In this document: one piece after another, positions 11,901-18,709 of the stretch
Position numbering within the stretch: position 1 is the first letter of the stretch
How the letters are laid out: each line of letters begins with the position of its first letter
Assembly: GCA_035362935.1 (NCBI GenBank)
Contig: DAOSEC010000001.1
Span: 71,665-135,664 of the forward strand
Reading direction: 5' to 3'
DNA: 64,000 nt
Source of the DNA: Bacilli bacterium
GTDB taxonomy: Bacteria > Bacillota_I > Bacilli_A > ML615J-28 > CAG-313
Made by a program: the position numbers and the translations under genes
The notes under the pieces: generated by a model
What the model saw: the letters and a program-made list of their open reading frames with translations, nothing else
What the model was told of the DNA's origin: nothing
The model's database searches: none

Positions 11901-14165
11901 TATGACAACACATCACCTGGACTTGCTGAAATGTTATACTTTATGAATCAATCAAAATCATTCAAGGTTGATGAAATTCGCAACATATTAAGCGAATTCT
12001 TAATTGGACCGGGTAACCTAATCTCAACAGCCAAAGAACTTGGAACTGTGACAGCAGGAACCCCAGAAGATCTCGTTATCGCTTGGGATGATGAAATATA
12101 TGCACTAATCTCCGTAATGGAAAGTTATAATTCAACCTTTACTGGTGGAGACTTCTTGGATAATTTAACCGATCGTTCAGAAATTGAAACCTTATTAGGA
12201 AGATTTAATGAGTCTGTTATGTTAAGAGAAGTATTGCCAGATATGGTTTATTCCGTATTGCCTGCTGAAATCATCTCTGATTGGGTAGATGCTTGGTTAA
12301 TCAATCAAGTAGGAGTAGATGGATTTGGTGATAACTTACCAGTTGAAAATTATGCATCATGGCAATCTGAAATTTCTAATATCGCAGGTATGATTGAAAC
12401 ATACAACAAAGCATTTGCTTCAGGATTTAATGTTGATTTAGCGACAATGCCTCTTGGTAACGTTGATAACAACCCAAGAATCTTAGGAAATGCATATGAC
12501 AACACATCACCTGGACTTGCTGAAATGTTGTACTTTATGAATCAATCAAAATCATTCAAGGTTGATGAAATTCGAAACATTTTAGATGAATTCTTAGTTG
12601 GACCTGGTAAATTAATCAACACAGCAAAAGAACTAGGAACTGTTACAGCAGGAACTCCAGAAGACTTAATTATTGCTTGGGATGAAGAAATCAAAGACTT
12701 AATCACAGCAATCGAAAAATACAATGATATTACAACAGGCGGTATGGGAGTGCCACTCGATTTATTCAGCGCACTCGATGATGAATCAACAATCAGTGAT
12801 GTGTTAGGAGCATTCAATGCATCTATCATGTTACGTGAAGTATTGCCAGATTTAATCAACGACATTGCAACTAGCGTGGGAATGACAAATTGGATTTCTA
12901 CATGGTTGACAGACCAAGTAGGTGTTGACCTATCAAGCAATAACAAACCAGTTCAATCAGAAGCTGTTTGGGCAGTCGAAGTTGTTAAAATTGCAACTGT
13001 TATCGCAGAAGCTAACAATGCATTTGGTGGAGATATGAGTTCACTTGATATCAGTGATTCAGGACTAGACGCAGATGCATTAGGAAATGTGTTACATGCG
13101 ATGAATGATACAGATAGTTTCGTTCTCGACGAACTCAACAACATTATGAAAGACGGATTGAATAACTTAGGATATAATGTAACGAACCTTAACGACAAAC
13201 CATCCACAAAAGCAGAATGGACTACCGAAATCGACATTATCGTAAGCATCATTAAAGATATGCAAATTATTGGTGATGTGGCTGTATTGGATTGGAACGA
13301 TATGGATAGTTTAATGGTAGATGGAAATCTAGATCCAGTTATTCGAGATATTGACAATACAACAAGACAAGTTACTCGTGGTGAATTGTTAGGAATTATG
13401 CTTAACTCAATGGGTGATTCCATTATTCTAAGCCCGGCTATGGATCAAATTATTGGTTCTGTATTTACAAGCGGTGGATTCGATGGATACTTTGACTTAA
13501 CAAGCGTAGACTTAGCAGAACTTGATTGGGTAGATGAAATTAGAGCAATCACAAGCATTAAAGATGATTTCGATAACTTTGATGGTGGTGGTGATTTAAG
13601 AACATTAAATGCAACATACATTGAAAATATGATACTTAATGCAAGTGAAGGTGTTATCGCATCTCAAATCATGGGAACAATTTTAATGGATCAATTCGCA
13701 TTCATCTTAGGAGCTAAAAACCCTATAGACCCACTTACATTAGAACCATATGATTGGAGAGATCAACAGTTACTAGAAGACAACGCTCACGCAATTGCTA
13801 ATATGATTACATTAGGGGAAGCATTGGGTAACATGTTTGGTGGTAACTTAGACAACTATGAAGATGTTGGAAATGCAATGAAAGAATTACAACCAGGTAT
13901 TGGCGTAGATCGACCTGCATTTGCTGATATTTACTTACCTGCATTCGTAGATTATGCATCAGGTGACGATGGAATGTTAGACAGCGTTGATATGACTACA
14001 GTTGATTACGTACTTGAAGGAAATGCATTTAACCAATTCTTTGAAGATTGGGATAGAACAGATATGTTTACAAGTGCAGCAACTCTTCCAGGAGCGTATG
14101 CAACATTACAAGGATCAGGAGCTCAAGTTTCATTGGTCATCGTAGATAGCATACTTGGATACTAA
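5925..14165 (+). CDS. giant (2746 aa) acidic repeat protein with a CvpA-like N-terminal multi-pass membrane domain
   Basis: It is a single uninterrupted 8.2-kb ORF with a good SD. The first ~210 aa carry 4 hydrophobic helices and a G..KG(L/F) motif resembling CvpA (colicin V production protein family). The remainder is D/E-rich and K/R-poor with about 8 tandem ~200-aa units. Confidence 0.75.
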   Translation: MPIPGINLGNIDLSNLMTYLYVLIGIAILAGVLGGFMKGLKKTIYTTVIYIGVYVAAWVALPYVVNAVYELNIGDLVRPYVAQYFNMELFGQPITSIKNLVMSALENFVPGANVILTPGSDALAFIEGTAIMVVRIIVFFVLLFVGGIVINLLGRILWTLFFKKLVGDTKYKDRDKTRKTNRFRLLGAAVGAVKGLFEALIIIVPIGGLMSVMSTLDSNTLRTLLGANPGEQTSLSEQEPENIGGIDAEAIVTFIEEYKASTLAQIVSQIKVGAEQKQIDYYIIDELGKIETKGNRKIYLREELVVVLEVVSEFPGVFTGEPIDPFNLTEEQINNVVTKLKQSRLIPELIIIGVDYALTMEEVQTIVDEYDIDTSDLAEIDWYQEFENVLDIGGNVLKLGNPQELDYLNIEAAKIRGITGSIAESQIINIVLPIAINYALSLPEVEEMLGEIEYDFSEIVWGNEIIAIGEIYISVTDLELNPDELGIELLDRLSDEDFFEGVLDVIGAISTSQVITQLAPALADAAYNSFAPEDFQGLLSFSNLQPDEWQDEFRRLLNIVVSISELGILSGEPINPMTLDMDAVRSIIENLFDLVVIQGNEGAIVARLTNMIPPIVEGFEPNLDPSLNWKEQALQIVNILEAVQQFGDISFDEEFDILSLLSAENADALANILTELNHSLILREIIPALINNFLGGGESSPIEMGISLEDFLSEWLTRQTTIDPITQEKIPMESIAEWDSEIIYIARMLIIAMDIMTVDISDLSNLPIGDKNYNAATAETFTTENAGFAQLLYLMNYAQSFKIEGIRTLLSTFLLGEGSLISTEKELGTVVALEDQTIIEAWNIEIVAMMTVIEEAQDVIAALSDENADIMDQLADPSKVETILLAFNDSQVLRVVLPDFIHTLLSTTGMEEWSTDWLADQVGVDEFGENNPTESIEVWEIEISLLAKAISGINSVLGGGFGEGFDFNNINLGDIDNHPMLPDYTGLNPDFDTTDMGLAEILFLVNHVKSLNIDALRDILGDFLIGEGSLVSTEKELGVVPGATLQAKTQNWDLEIITIIDLLSQYTELFGGEETPDFLALLDDSSKIKNLLTPLNHSFILREILPDMIDTLLAGAGTGELDGWFTDWLDDQVGVDGLGNNNPVASVAIWDDEIEVLAMLISVFNNAFGGALPSDISNLNVGDVDNHPVLLGNAYDDANPGLAELLYLMNYSKIFDVSNIRGLIGDFIVGPDKLINSSKELGVVTGADDEALLLAWDDEIKALIAVIDQYNTVFADMDQGDYLDQLTDKNTIQNLLGNFNHSILLREVLPDLLYSVMPAEIVTDWVDTWLVNQVGVDGLGNNNPVASIALWDEEIENIAGMIEAYNISFSGGFSIDLETMNLGDVDNNPRILGEDYDNTAPGLAEILYFMNQSKSFKVDEIRNIIGDFLVGPGNIIETDKELGTISAATPEDLIIAWDDEIKALINVMDQYNTLFAGSSDFLQDLNDRSEIESLLGGFNHSIILREVLPDLLYSVMPSEIVTDWVDAWLIDQVGVDGLGNNKPVASILDWDIEISKIAGMIEAYNISFSSGFSIDLETMNLGDVDNNPRILGEDYDNTSPGLAEILYFMNQSKSFKVDEIRNIIGDFLIGPGNIIETDKELGTITAGDSNALMLAWDEEIKALINVMNQYNTLFAGSSNFLQELTNRSDIEALLGGFNHSIILREVLPDLLYSVMPSEIVTDWVDTWLVNQVGEDAFGNNNLVESIAIWDEEISNIAGMIEAYNKSFSSGFSIDLETMNLGDVDNNPRILGEDYDNTTPGLAEILYFMNQSKSFKVDEIRNILSEFLIGPGNLISTAKELGTVTAGTPEDLVIAWDDEIYALISVMESYNSTFAGSSDFLGELTDRSVIETLLGRFNESIMLREVLPDLIYSVLPAEIISDWVDTWLVNQVGVDGLGDNNPVENYASWQTEISNIAGMIETYNKAFALGFNVDLATMPLGDVDNNPRLLGNAYDNTSPGLAEMLYFMNQSKSFKVDEIRNILSEFLIGPGNLISTAKELGTVTAGTPEDLVIAWDDEIYALISVMESYNSTFTGGDFLDNLTDRSEIETLLGRFNESVMLREVLPDMVYSVLPAEIISDWVDAWLINQVGVDGFGDNLPVENYASWQSEISNIAGMIETYNKAFASGFNVDLATMPLGNVDNNPRILGNAYDNTSPGLAEMLYFMNQSKSFKVDEIRNILDEFLVGPGKLINTAKELGTVTAGTPEDLIIAWDEEIKDLITAIEKYNDITTGGMGVPLDLFSALDDESTISDVLGAFNASIMLREVLPDLINDIATSVGMTNWISTWLTDQVGVDLSSNNKPVQSEAVWAVEVVKIATVIAEANNAFGGDMSSLDISDSGLDADALGNVLHAMNDTDSFVLDELNNIMKDGLNNLGYNVTNLNDKPSTKAEWTTEIDIIVSIIKDMQIIGDVAVLDWNDMDSLMVDGNLDPVIRDIDNTTRQVTRGELLGIMLNSMGDSIILSPAMDQIIGSVFTSGGFDGYFDLTSVDLAELDWVDEIRAITSIKDDFDNFDGGGDLRTLNATYIENMILNASEGVIASQIMGTILMDQFAFILGAKNPIDPLTLEPYDWRDQQLLEDNAHAIANMITLGEALGNMFGGNLDNYEDVGNAMKELQPGIGVDRPAFADIYLPAFVDYASGDDGMLDSVDMTTVDYVLEGNAFNQFFEDWDRTDMFTSAATLPGAYATLQGSGAQVSLVIVDSILGY
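7900..13080 (+). repeat. intragenic tandem repeats, about 8.5 units of ~597-600 bp (~199 aa)
   Basis: The unit signature NNPRILGEDYDNTxPGLAEILYFMNQSKSFKVDEIRNI...FNHSIILREVLPDLLYSV...DWVD.WL.NQVGVDGLGNN recurs at nt ~8215, 8850, 9480, 10083, 10680, 11280, 11880 and 12480. Units 4-7 are about 85-92% identical at nt level, and their differences are largely synonymous. Confidence 0.85.
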
Positions 14166-14194
14166 TTCTAGAGTTAATTACATAACAAAACAAA

Positions 14195-14230
14195 AAGGGG
14201 AAGTGTTTCAAACACCTCCTCTTTTCTTAT
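14195..14230 (+). terminator. rho-independent terminator after the giant gene
   Basis: Hairpin GGAAGTGTTT/AAACACCTCC followed by TCTTTTCTT. Confidence 0.5.
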
Positions 14231-14239
14231 ATGATTTAA

Positions 14240-14267
14240 TTGACTATTCAATGGAAAAAGGTATAAT
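14240..14267 (+). promoter_or_regulatory. candidate promoter (TTGACT, 16-nt spacer, TATAAT) for the permease gene
   Basis: Consensus hexamers upstream of the SD GAGGTG and the ATG at 14304. Confidence 0.45.
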
Positions 14268-14303
14268 ATAATATGGATTTGATTCGAGGTGTAATGAGTA
14301 GTT

Positions 14304-15422
14304 ATGAATAAATTACTTACTTATTTTTGGAAAGATAAAGTTATGATTATCGCGGCAATAGCTGCGATTTTTACGATGTTTTTAATTCCACCTAGCATAG
14401 CATACCTCGGTTACTTTAAAGTGAAAGTATTAATCTGTATGTTTGGGTTAATGCTAGCGGTAGGCGGAATGTATGAAGAAAACTTCTTTACCGTAGTAGC
14501 TATTAAACTAGTTAAACATTTCAAGTCGGTTCGAAATATTTCTCTCATTATTGTGTTAACTACATTTACACTAGGTATGCTTATTACAAACGATGCTGTT
14601 TTATTAACACTAATTCCTTTTTCTATATTTGTAATGAAGGAAATCAAACAAGAAAAACAGATCATTACGCTTGTCATTCTACAAACCTTGGCGGCAAACC
14701 TTGGTTCGGCACTAACTCCGATGGGAGATCCACAAAACATTTATCTATACACTAAATTTAACATTCCATTTCTAGAATTTATGCAAGCGATGTTGCCAAT
14801 TACACTAAGTGGACTAATTCTTATTGTGGTTACAACGTTAATCGTATTTCCAAAGATTGAAGTAGAACCGGTAAAACATGTAGCTTACATCAATGACCGA
14901 AAAATATATATATACTTTATTATGTTTGGAATAACAATCCTCGCAATCTTAGGGTATCTAAACGATTTTATCGTATTAGGTGCTGTAACAATCATCACCC
15001 TATTTACTAATAAAAAGTTGTTTGTAAGGGTGGACTACAACTTGCTTCTCACCTTTTCGATGTTTTTTATTTTCACTGGAAATATTTCACAGATTGATGC
15101 TATTAAACAAGTTTTTGAACGGGTACTTCATTCGGGAACGTCAGTCTATTTTATTGGTCTAGCAACAAGTCAAGTAATCTCAAACGTGCCGGCTGCTGTA
15201 TTGCTTTCAACATTCACTCCAGTAATACACATCAAAGATTTGTTACAAGGTGTTAATGTTGGTGCGATGGGAACCATTATTGCGTCATTAGCCAGCTTAA
15301 TTTCCTATAAGTTTGTGTTAAAAGATTATCCAAACATGTATGGGAAATACTTACTAAAGTATACTATAATTTGTATCATCTATATCACAATCATTACCGG
15401 AGTCGTTTTCATATTGAAATAA
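14304..15422 (+). CDS. ArsB/NhaD (CitMHS) superfamily anion permease-like membrane protein
   Basis: About 10 TM helices. The motif GSALTPMGDPQNIYLY resembles the G..T.iGnP.N motif conserved in ArsB/CitMHS permeases. Confidence 0.5.
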   Translation: MNKLLTYFWKDKVMIIAAIAAIFTMFLIPPSIAYLGYFKVKVLICMFGLMLAVGGMYEENFFTVVAIKLVKHFKSVRNISLIIVLTTFTLGMLITNDAVLLTLIPFSIFVMKEIKQEKQIITLVILQTLAANLGSALTPMGDPQNIYLYTKFNIPFLEFMQAMLPITLSGLILIVVTTLIVFPKIEVEPVKHVAYINDRKIYIYFIMFGITILAILGYLNDFIVLGAVTIITLFTNKKLFVRVDYNLLLTFSMFFIFTGNISQIDAIKQVFERVLHSGTSVYFIGLATSQVISNVPAAVLLSTFTPVIHIKDLLQGVNVGAMGTIIASLASLISYKFVLKDYPNMYGKYLLKYTIICIIYITIITGVVFILK

Positions 15423-15473
15423 TTGTTCAATAATAGCTGAAAAATAGATTTTAAAATATTTTGAAAAAACCAC

Positions 15474-15502
15474 TTGATTTTTATATTTTTATATGGTATA
15501 AT
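15474..15502 (+). promoter_or_regulatory. candidate promoter with extended -10 (TTGATT, 17-nt spacer, TGgTATAAT)
   Basis: The hexamers and spacing are seen directly. It would drive a ~65-nt transcript ending at the 15552-15575 terminator. Confidence 0.4.
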
Positions 15503-15508
15503 ACCCAA

Positions 15509-15575
15509 GGTTTTTAAATCTCCTTATTATAAAAAACCAAACACACCACAAACCCCTCATTTGAGGGGTTTTTTC
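15509..15575 (+). ncRNA. candidate small RNA or terminated leader (promoter to terminator, ~65 nt)
   Basis: It is bounded by the promoter above and an intrinsic terminator (CCCCTCA tt TGAGGGG + TTTTTT). It contains an anti-SD-like CUCCUU. No ORF is present. Confidence 0.3.
15552..15575 (+). terminator. rho-independent terminator
   Basis: 7-bp GC-rich stem CCCCTCA/TGAGGGG followed by six T. Confidence 0.6.
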
Positions 15576-15598
15576 AAAACATAGGGAGTAAATATTGT

Positions 15599-15627
15599 TT
15601 GACTATTTATAATTTTTTTGATATAAT
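15599..15627 (+). promoter_or_regulatory. candidate promoter for rpmE (TTGACT, 17-nt spacer, TATAAT)
   Basis: Perfect -10 and a near-perfect -35 about 55 nt upstream of the rpmE ATG. Confidence 0.5.
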
Positions 15628-15681
15628 ACCTTAGTAAACTTACTATGGTTAAGGTTAACTATGGCGGAAGGAGAGTTAAGT

Positions 15682-15894
15682 ATGAAAAAAGGAATTCACC
15701 CAGCATATAACAAGGTAAAAGTTATTTGTGTTTCTTGTGGAAATGAATTTGAAAGTGGATCCGTTTTGAAAGAGGTGCGTGTTGATACATGTTCAAACTG
15801 CCACCCATTCTATACCGGGCAACAAAAATTCGTACAAGCTGCAGGGCGTATTGATAAGTTCAATAAACGTGCAGAAAAAGCAACAAAGAAATAA
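15682..15894 (+). CDS. rpmE: 50S ribosomal protein L31 (Zn-ribbon type A)
   Basis: MKKGIHP..., with CxxC...CxxC present. SD AGGAGAG lies 6 nt upstream of the ATG at 15682. The track start at 15661 sits inside the SD. Confidence 0.9.
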   Translation: MKKGIHPAYNKVKVICVSCGNEFESGSVLKEVRVDTCSNCHPFYTGQQKFVQAAGRIDKFNKRAEKATKK

Positions 15895-15904
15895 AACAAA
15901 AAAT

Positions 15905-15930
15905 AGGCCACACGGCCTTTTTTTATTTTA
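15905..15930 (+). terminator. rho-independent terminator after rpmE
   Basis: AGGCC acac GGCCT followed by TTTTTTT. Confidence 0.6.
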
Positions 15931-15999
15931 TCCTTGCTAAAAACTCATTGAAATAAAGATTCCTTTCATATATAATATGACTATGCTAGGAGGGGAATT

Positions 16000-16605
16000 A
16001 TGGAGATTAGATTAAAAGATGGTTGGATAGAGGTTATTTGTGGCAGTATGTTTGCGGGTAAGACAGAAGAACTAATTCGCAGAATCAAGCGAATTGAGTA
16101 TGCAAGAAAAGAAGTTGTAGTGTTCAAACCACAAATTGACACACGCTATAGCAATGAAGAAGTGGTAAGTCACTCAAATTTGCGTAAACCTTCCATACCA
16201 ATATCAAGTTCAAAAGAAATATTTCACCACTTGGATATTCAAAAGTTACCGTATGCGGTGGCAATTGATGAGATACAATTTTTTGATGATAACATCATAA
16301 GCATTTGTGAATTTTTAGCCGATCATGGTGTAAGAGTGATTGTTGCTGGTCTTGATATGAATTTTAGAGGTGAACCATTTGGACCGATGCCTCTGGTACT
16401 ATCACGAGCAGAATATGTCACAAAGTTACAAGCAATTTGTCAAGTGTGTGGTGATCCAGCAACAAGAACACAACGAATCATCAATGGAAAGCCAGCAAAC
16501 TACGACGATCCAATCATTTTAGTAAGTGCCAAAGAATCCTATGAAGCACGTTGTAGACATTGTCACCAGATTCCAAACAAACCTAAGGAAAAAATCCATG
16601 GATAA
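16000..16605 (+). CDS. tdk: thymidine kinase
   Basis: P-loop [11 protein letters not shown] and the C-terminal Zn-binding Cys pairs (CQVCG...CRHC). A TTGAAA-17-TATAAT promoter lies at about 15948-15976. Confidence 0.9.
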   Translation: MEIRLKDGWIEVICGSMFAGKTEELIRRIKRIEYARKEVVVFKPQIDTRYSNEEVVSHSNLRKPSIPISSSKEIFHHLDIQKLPYAVAIDEIQFFDDNIISICEFLADHGVRVIVAGLDMNFRGEPFGPMPLVLSRAEYVTKLQAICQVCGDPATRTQRIINGKPANYDDPIILVSAKESYEARCRHCHQIPNKPKEKIHG

Positions 16606-17089
16606 CGATCAACTCTTTATGAAGCAAGCCTTAAAACTTGCTAAAAAGGCATATGATCAACTCGAAGTTCCAGTCGGCTGTGTGATTGTTCAAAACGGCA
16701 AGATTATCGCTAGAAGCTATAATCAACGACACACAACAAAAAACAGTCTTGATCATGCCGAGTTAATTGCGATAAAAAAAGCATGTAAAAAACTAAATCA
16801 GTGGATATTAGATGATTGTGAAATGTATGTAACACTAGAACCATGTTTGATGTGTGCTGGTGCTATCTTGCAATCAAGAATCAAACGTCTCATATACGCA
16901 ACTAATGAACCAAAGTTTGGCAGTTGTGGTAGTATAATTGATGTGATTGAAAATAAAACATTCAATCATCAGGTATTACTAACACGATATGTCTTAGAAG
17001 AAGAATCAAAAACGTTATTAAAAACTTTTTTTAAGGAGATTAGAGCCTCAAAACAAAAAGTAGGTGAGAACAATGAGGGTAACAGTTAA
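16598..17089 (+). CDS. tadA: tRNA-specific adenosine deaminase
   Basis: CDA fold motifs HAE...PCLMCAGA. The ATG at 16598 has an AAGGAA SD and overlaps the tdk stop by 8 nt. Confidence 0.85.
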   Translation: MDNDQLFMKQALKLAKKAYDQLEVPVGCVIVQNGKIIARSYNQRHTTKNSLDHAELIAIKKACKKLNQWILDDCEMYVTLEPCLMCAGAILQSRIKRLIYATNEPKFGSCGSIIDVIENKTFNHQVLLTRYVLEEESKTLLKTFFKEIRASKQKVGENNEGNS

Positions 17090-17531
17090 AAAAGTAAATG
17101 AGAAAAACATCAATGATTGGACAACACTAAGGACACAATATGTGAATGAGCCAAAGTTTGATGAAAAGTTAAAAACATATTTTCAAGAAACAAGTAAATA
17201 TAATATTAATAGTGATCCTGTTTGGGTAGCATATGTTGGGAAAAAAGCAGTTGCTTTTTTAGAACTCACGATTTCAAACGGAGAATCATGGCACAAATCA
17301 AAAATGTCTTATTTAAAAACCATATATGTTATCCCAGAACTTCATAAAAAAGGGATTGCAACAAGACTGGTCTATATAGCAAGCAAATGGACAAAAAAAC
17401 GTAAACTATCATTTATGGGATCTCATTCAAAAATTGACAATGATCCAGTAATTAAAATGCATTTAGCATTAGGATTTCAATTTGTAGTAAATCTTGATGG
17501 AGAAGCTAAATTTCTAAAAGGCATCGAATAA
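17073..17531 (+). CDS. GNAT family N-acetyltransferase (putative)
   Basis: Motif A-like segment VIPELHKKGIATRLV. SD AGGTGA precedes the ATG at 17073. It overlaps the tadA end. Confidence 0.55.
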   Translation: MRVTVKKVNEKNINDWTTLRTQYVNEPKFDEKLKTYFQETSKYNINSDPVWVAYVGKKAVAFLELTISNGESWHKSKMSYLKTIYVIPELHKKGIATRLVYIASKWTKKRKLSFMGSHSKIDNDPVIKMHLALGFQFVVNLDGEAKFLKGIE

Positions 17532-17572
17532 CTTGCAAAAAGTGCAATTTATGATATAATATATATGAAGTA

Positions 17573-17690
17573 GGATCTCATTTTAGATACCTTCATCCAA
17601 GGTTAGGGTGTGAACCAGGTCAGGTCTTGACGGAAGCAGCCTTAAGCAATTCTTAACTTGTGGGTGAGGGTACTTAAAATGAGATCTTTT
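17573..17690 (+). ncRNA. ffs: signal recognition particle RNA (small 4.5S/scRNA-type)
   Basis: It contains the conserved domain IV sequence CCAGGUCAGGUC...GGAAGCAGCC. The 5' GGAUCUCAUUUUAG pairs with the 3' CUUAAAAUGAGAUC to close a long helix, which is followed by UUUUCUU. A TTGCAA-16-TATAAT promoter lies at 17533-17560. Confidence 0.75.
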
Positions 17691-17707
17691 CTTAAAGAGG
17701 AAAGCAA

Positions 17708-18679
17708 ATGAAGTTAAAAATAAGAGATATTGAATTAGATAATAACGTTATACTTGCTCCGATGGCTGGAGTTACGAACGAAGCATTCCGGATCATTGTA
17801 AAAGAGTTTAAAGCGGGACTTGTTTGTGCTGAAATGGTTAGTGATAAGGGTTTGATCCACAATAATGATAGAACAGTTAAAATGTTACAGGTGAATCCAA
17901 TTGAAAGACCTTTGTCAATGCAAGTATTTGGAAGCGATTTGGAATCCATAACAAAAGCTGCAGTACTAATTGATCAAAACTGTGAGGCTGATATTATTGA
18001 TATTAATATGGGATGTCCAGTTAATAAAGTAATCAAAAATGGAAGCGGAGCATGTCTATTAAAAACACCAGATTATATATATGATATTGTAAAAAGTGTA
18101 GTGGACCATGTAAAAAAACCAGTGACTGTGAAAATCAGAGCTGGTTGGGATCATAGCAGCATTAATTGTAGCTTGGTTGCCAAAAACATTGAACGCGCAG
18201 GTGCAAGTATGATAACCATTCACGGCCGCACAAGAAGTGATCTATATCGAGGGAAGGCCAACCTAGACTGGATCAAGGAAGTGAAAGAAGCTGTTTCGAT
18301 TCCTGTTATTGGAAATGGTGATATCACAACAATAGAAGATGCCATCCACATGCTAGAGTATACCAAGGTTGACGGAATTATGATAGGAAGAGGTGCCTTG
18401 GGAAACCCATGGCTGATTCGCGACATAGTTGATTACTTAGAGACAGGAGTGCGTCATAATCCACCGACTAAGGATGAAAAATTGGATGTGATGTTGCGTC
18501 ACATGGAACTGCTAATTAAGTTGCGAGGAGAAAAAAATGCAATGCTTGAAATGAGAAGTCATGCAGCATGGTATTTAAAAAACATCCCCAATGCAAAACA
18601 GTTTAAACATCACCTTAATCAATTAAAAACATCACATGATTTAAAGGCTTTGGTAGAAGAGTTTCGTAATCAAGAATAG
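17708..18679 (+). CDS. dusB: tRNA-dihydrouridine synthase
   Basis: Dus signature LAPMAGVT...INMGCP...GRG with an FMN-binding TIM barrel. Confidence 0.85.
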   Translation: MKLKIRDIELDNNVILAPMAGVTNEAFRIIVKEFKAGLVCAEMVSDKGLIHNNDRTVKMLQVNPIERPLSMQVFGSDLESITKAAVLIDQNCEADIIDINMGCPVNKVIKNGSGACLLKTPDYIYDIVKSVVDHVKKPVTVKIRAGWDHSSINCSLVAKNIERAGASMITIHGRTRSDLYRGKANLDWIKEVKEAVSIPVIGNGDITTIEDAIHMLEYTKVDGIMIGRGALGNPWLIRDIVDYLETGVRHNPPTKDEKLDVMLRHMELLIKLRGEKNAMLEMRSHAAWYLKNIPNAKQFKHHLNQLKTSHDLKALVEEFRNQE

Positions 18680-18682
18680 GAA

Positions 18683-18709
18683 AAAGCGGTTCGATGACCG
18701 CTTTTTTTA
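18683..18709. terminator. bidirectional terminator between dusB (+) and hflX (-)
   Basis: AGCGGT tcgatg ACCGCT followed by TTTTTTT. The opposite strand is also T-rich after the hairpin. Confidence 0.6.

Noticed and set aside
7900-13080. Tandem repeats considered as a CRISPR array or satellite
   Set aside because: The units are ~600 bp, lie in frame, and are conserved at the protein level. There are no short direct repeats with unique spacers and no cas genes.
6161-13423. Multiple 60-180-aa ORFs on the minus strand inside the giant gene (e.g. 6161-6709, 7235-7507, 8627-8833, 9212-9451, 9824-10087, 12542-12946, 12953-13423)
   Set aside because: They lie antisense within a long, clearly coding + strand frame. 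Their translations are low-complexity S/P/T-rich shadows of the repeat DNA, and none has an SD.
17064-17072. GTG start for the GNAT gene (track start 17064)
   Set aside because: The GTG lies inside the AGGTGA SD. The ATG 9 nt downstream at 17073 has proper spacing.
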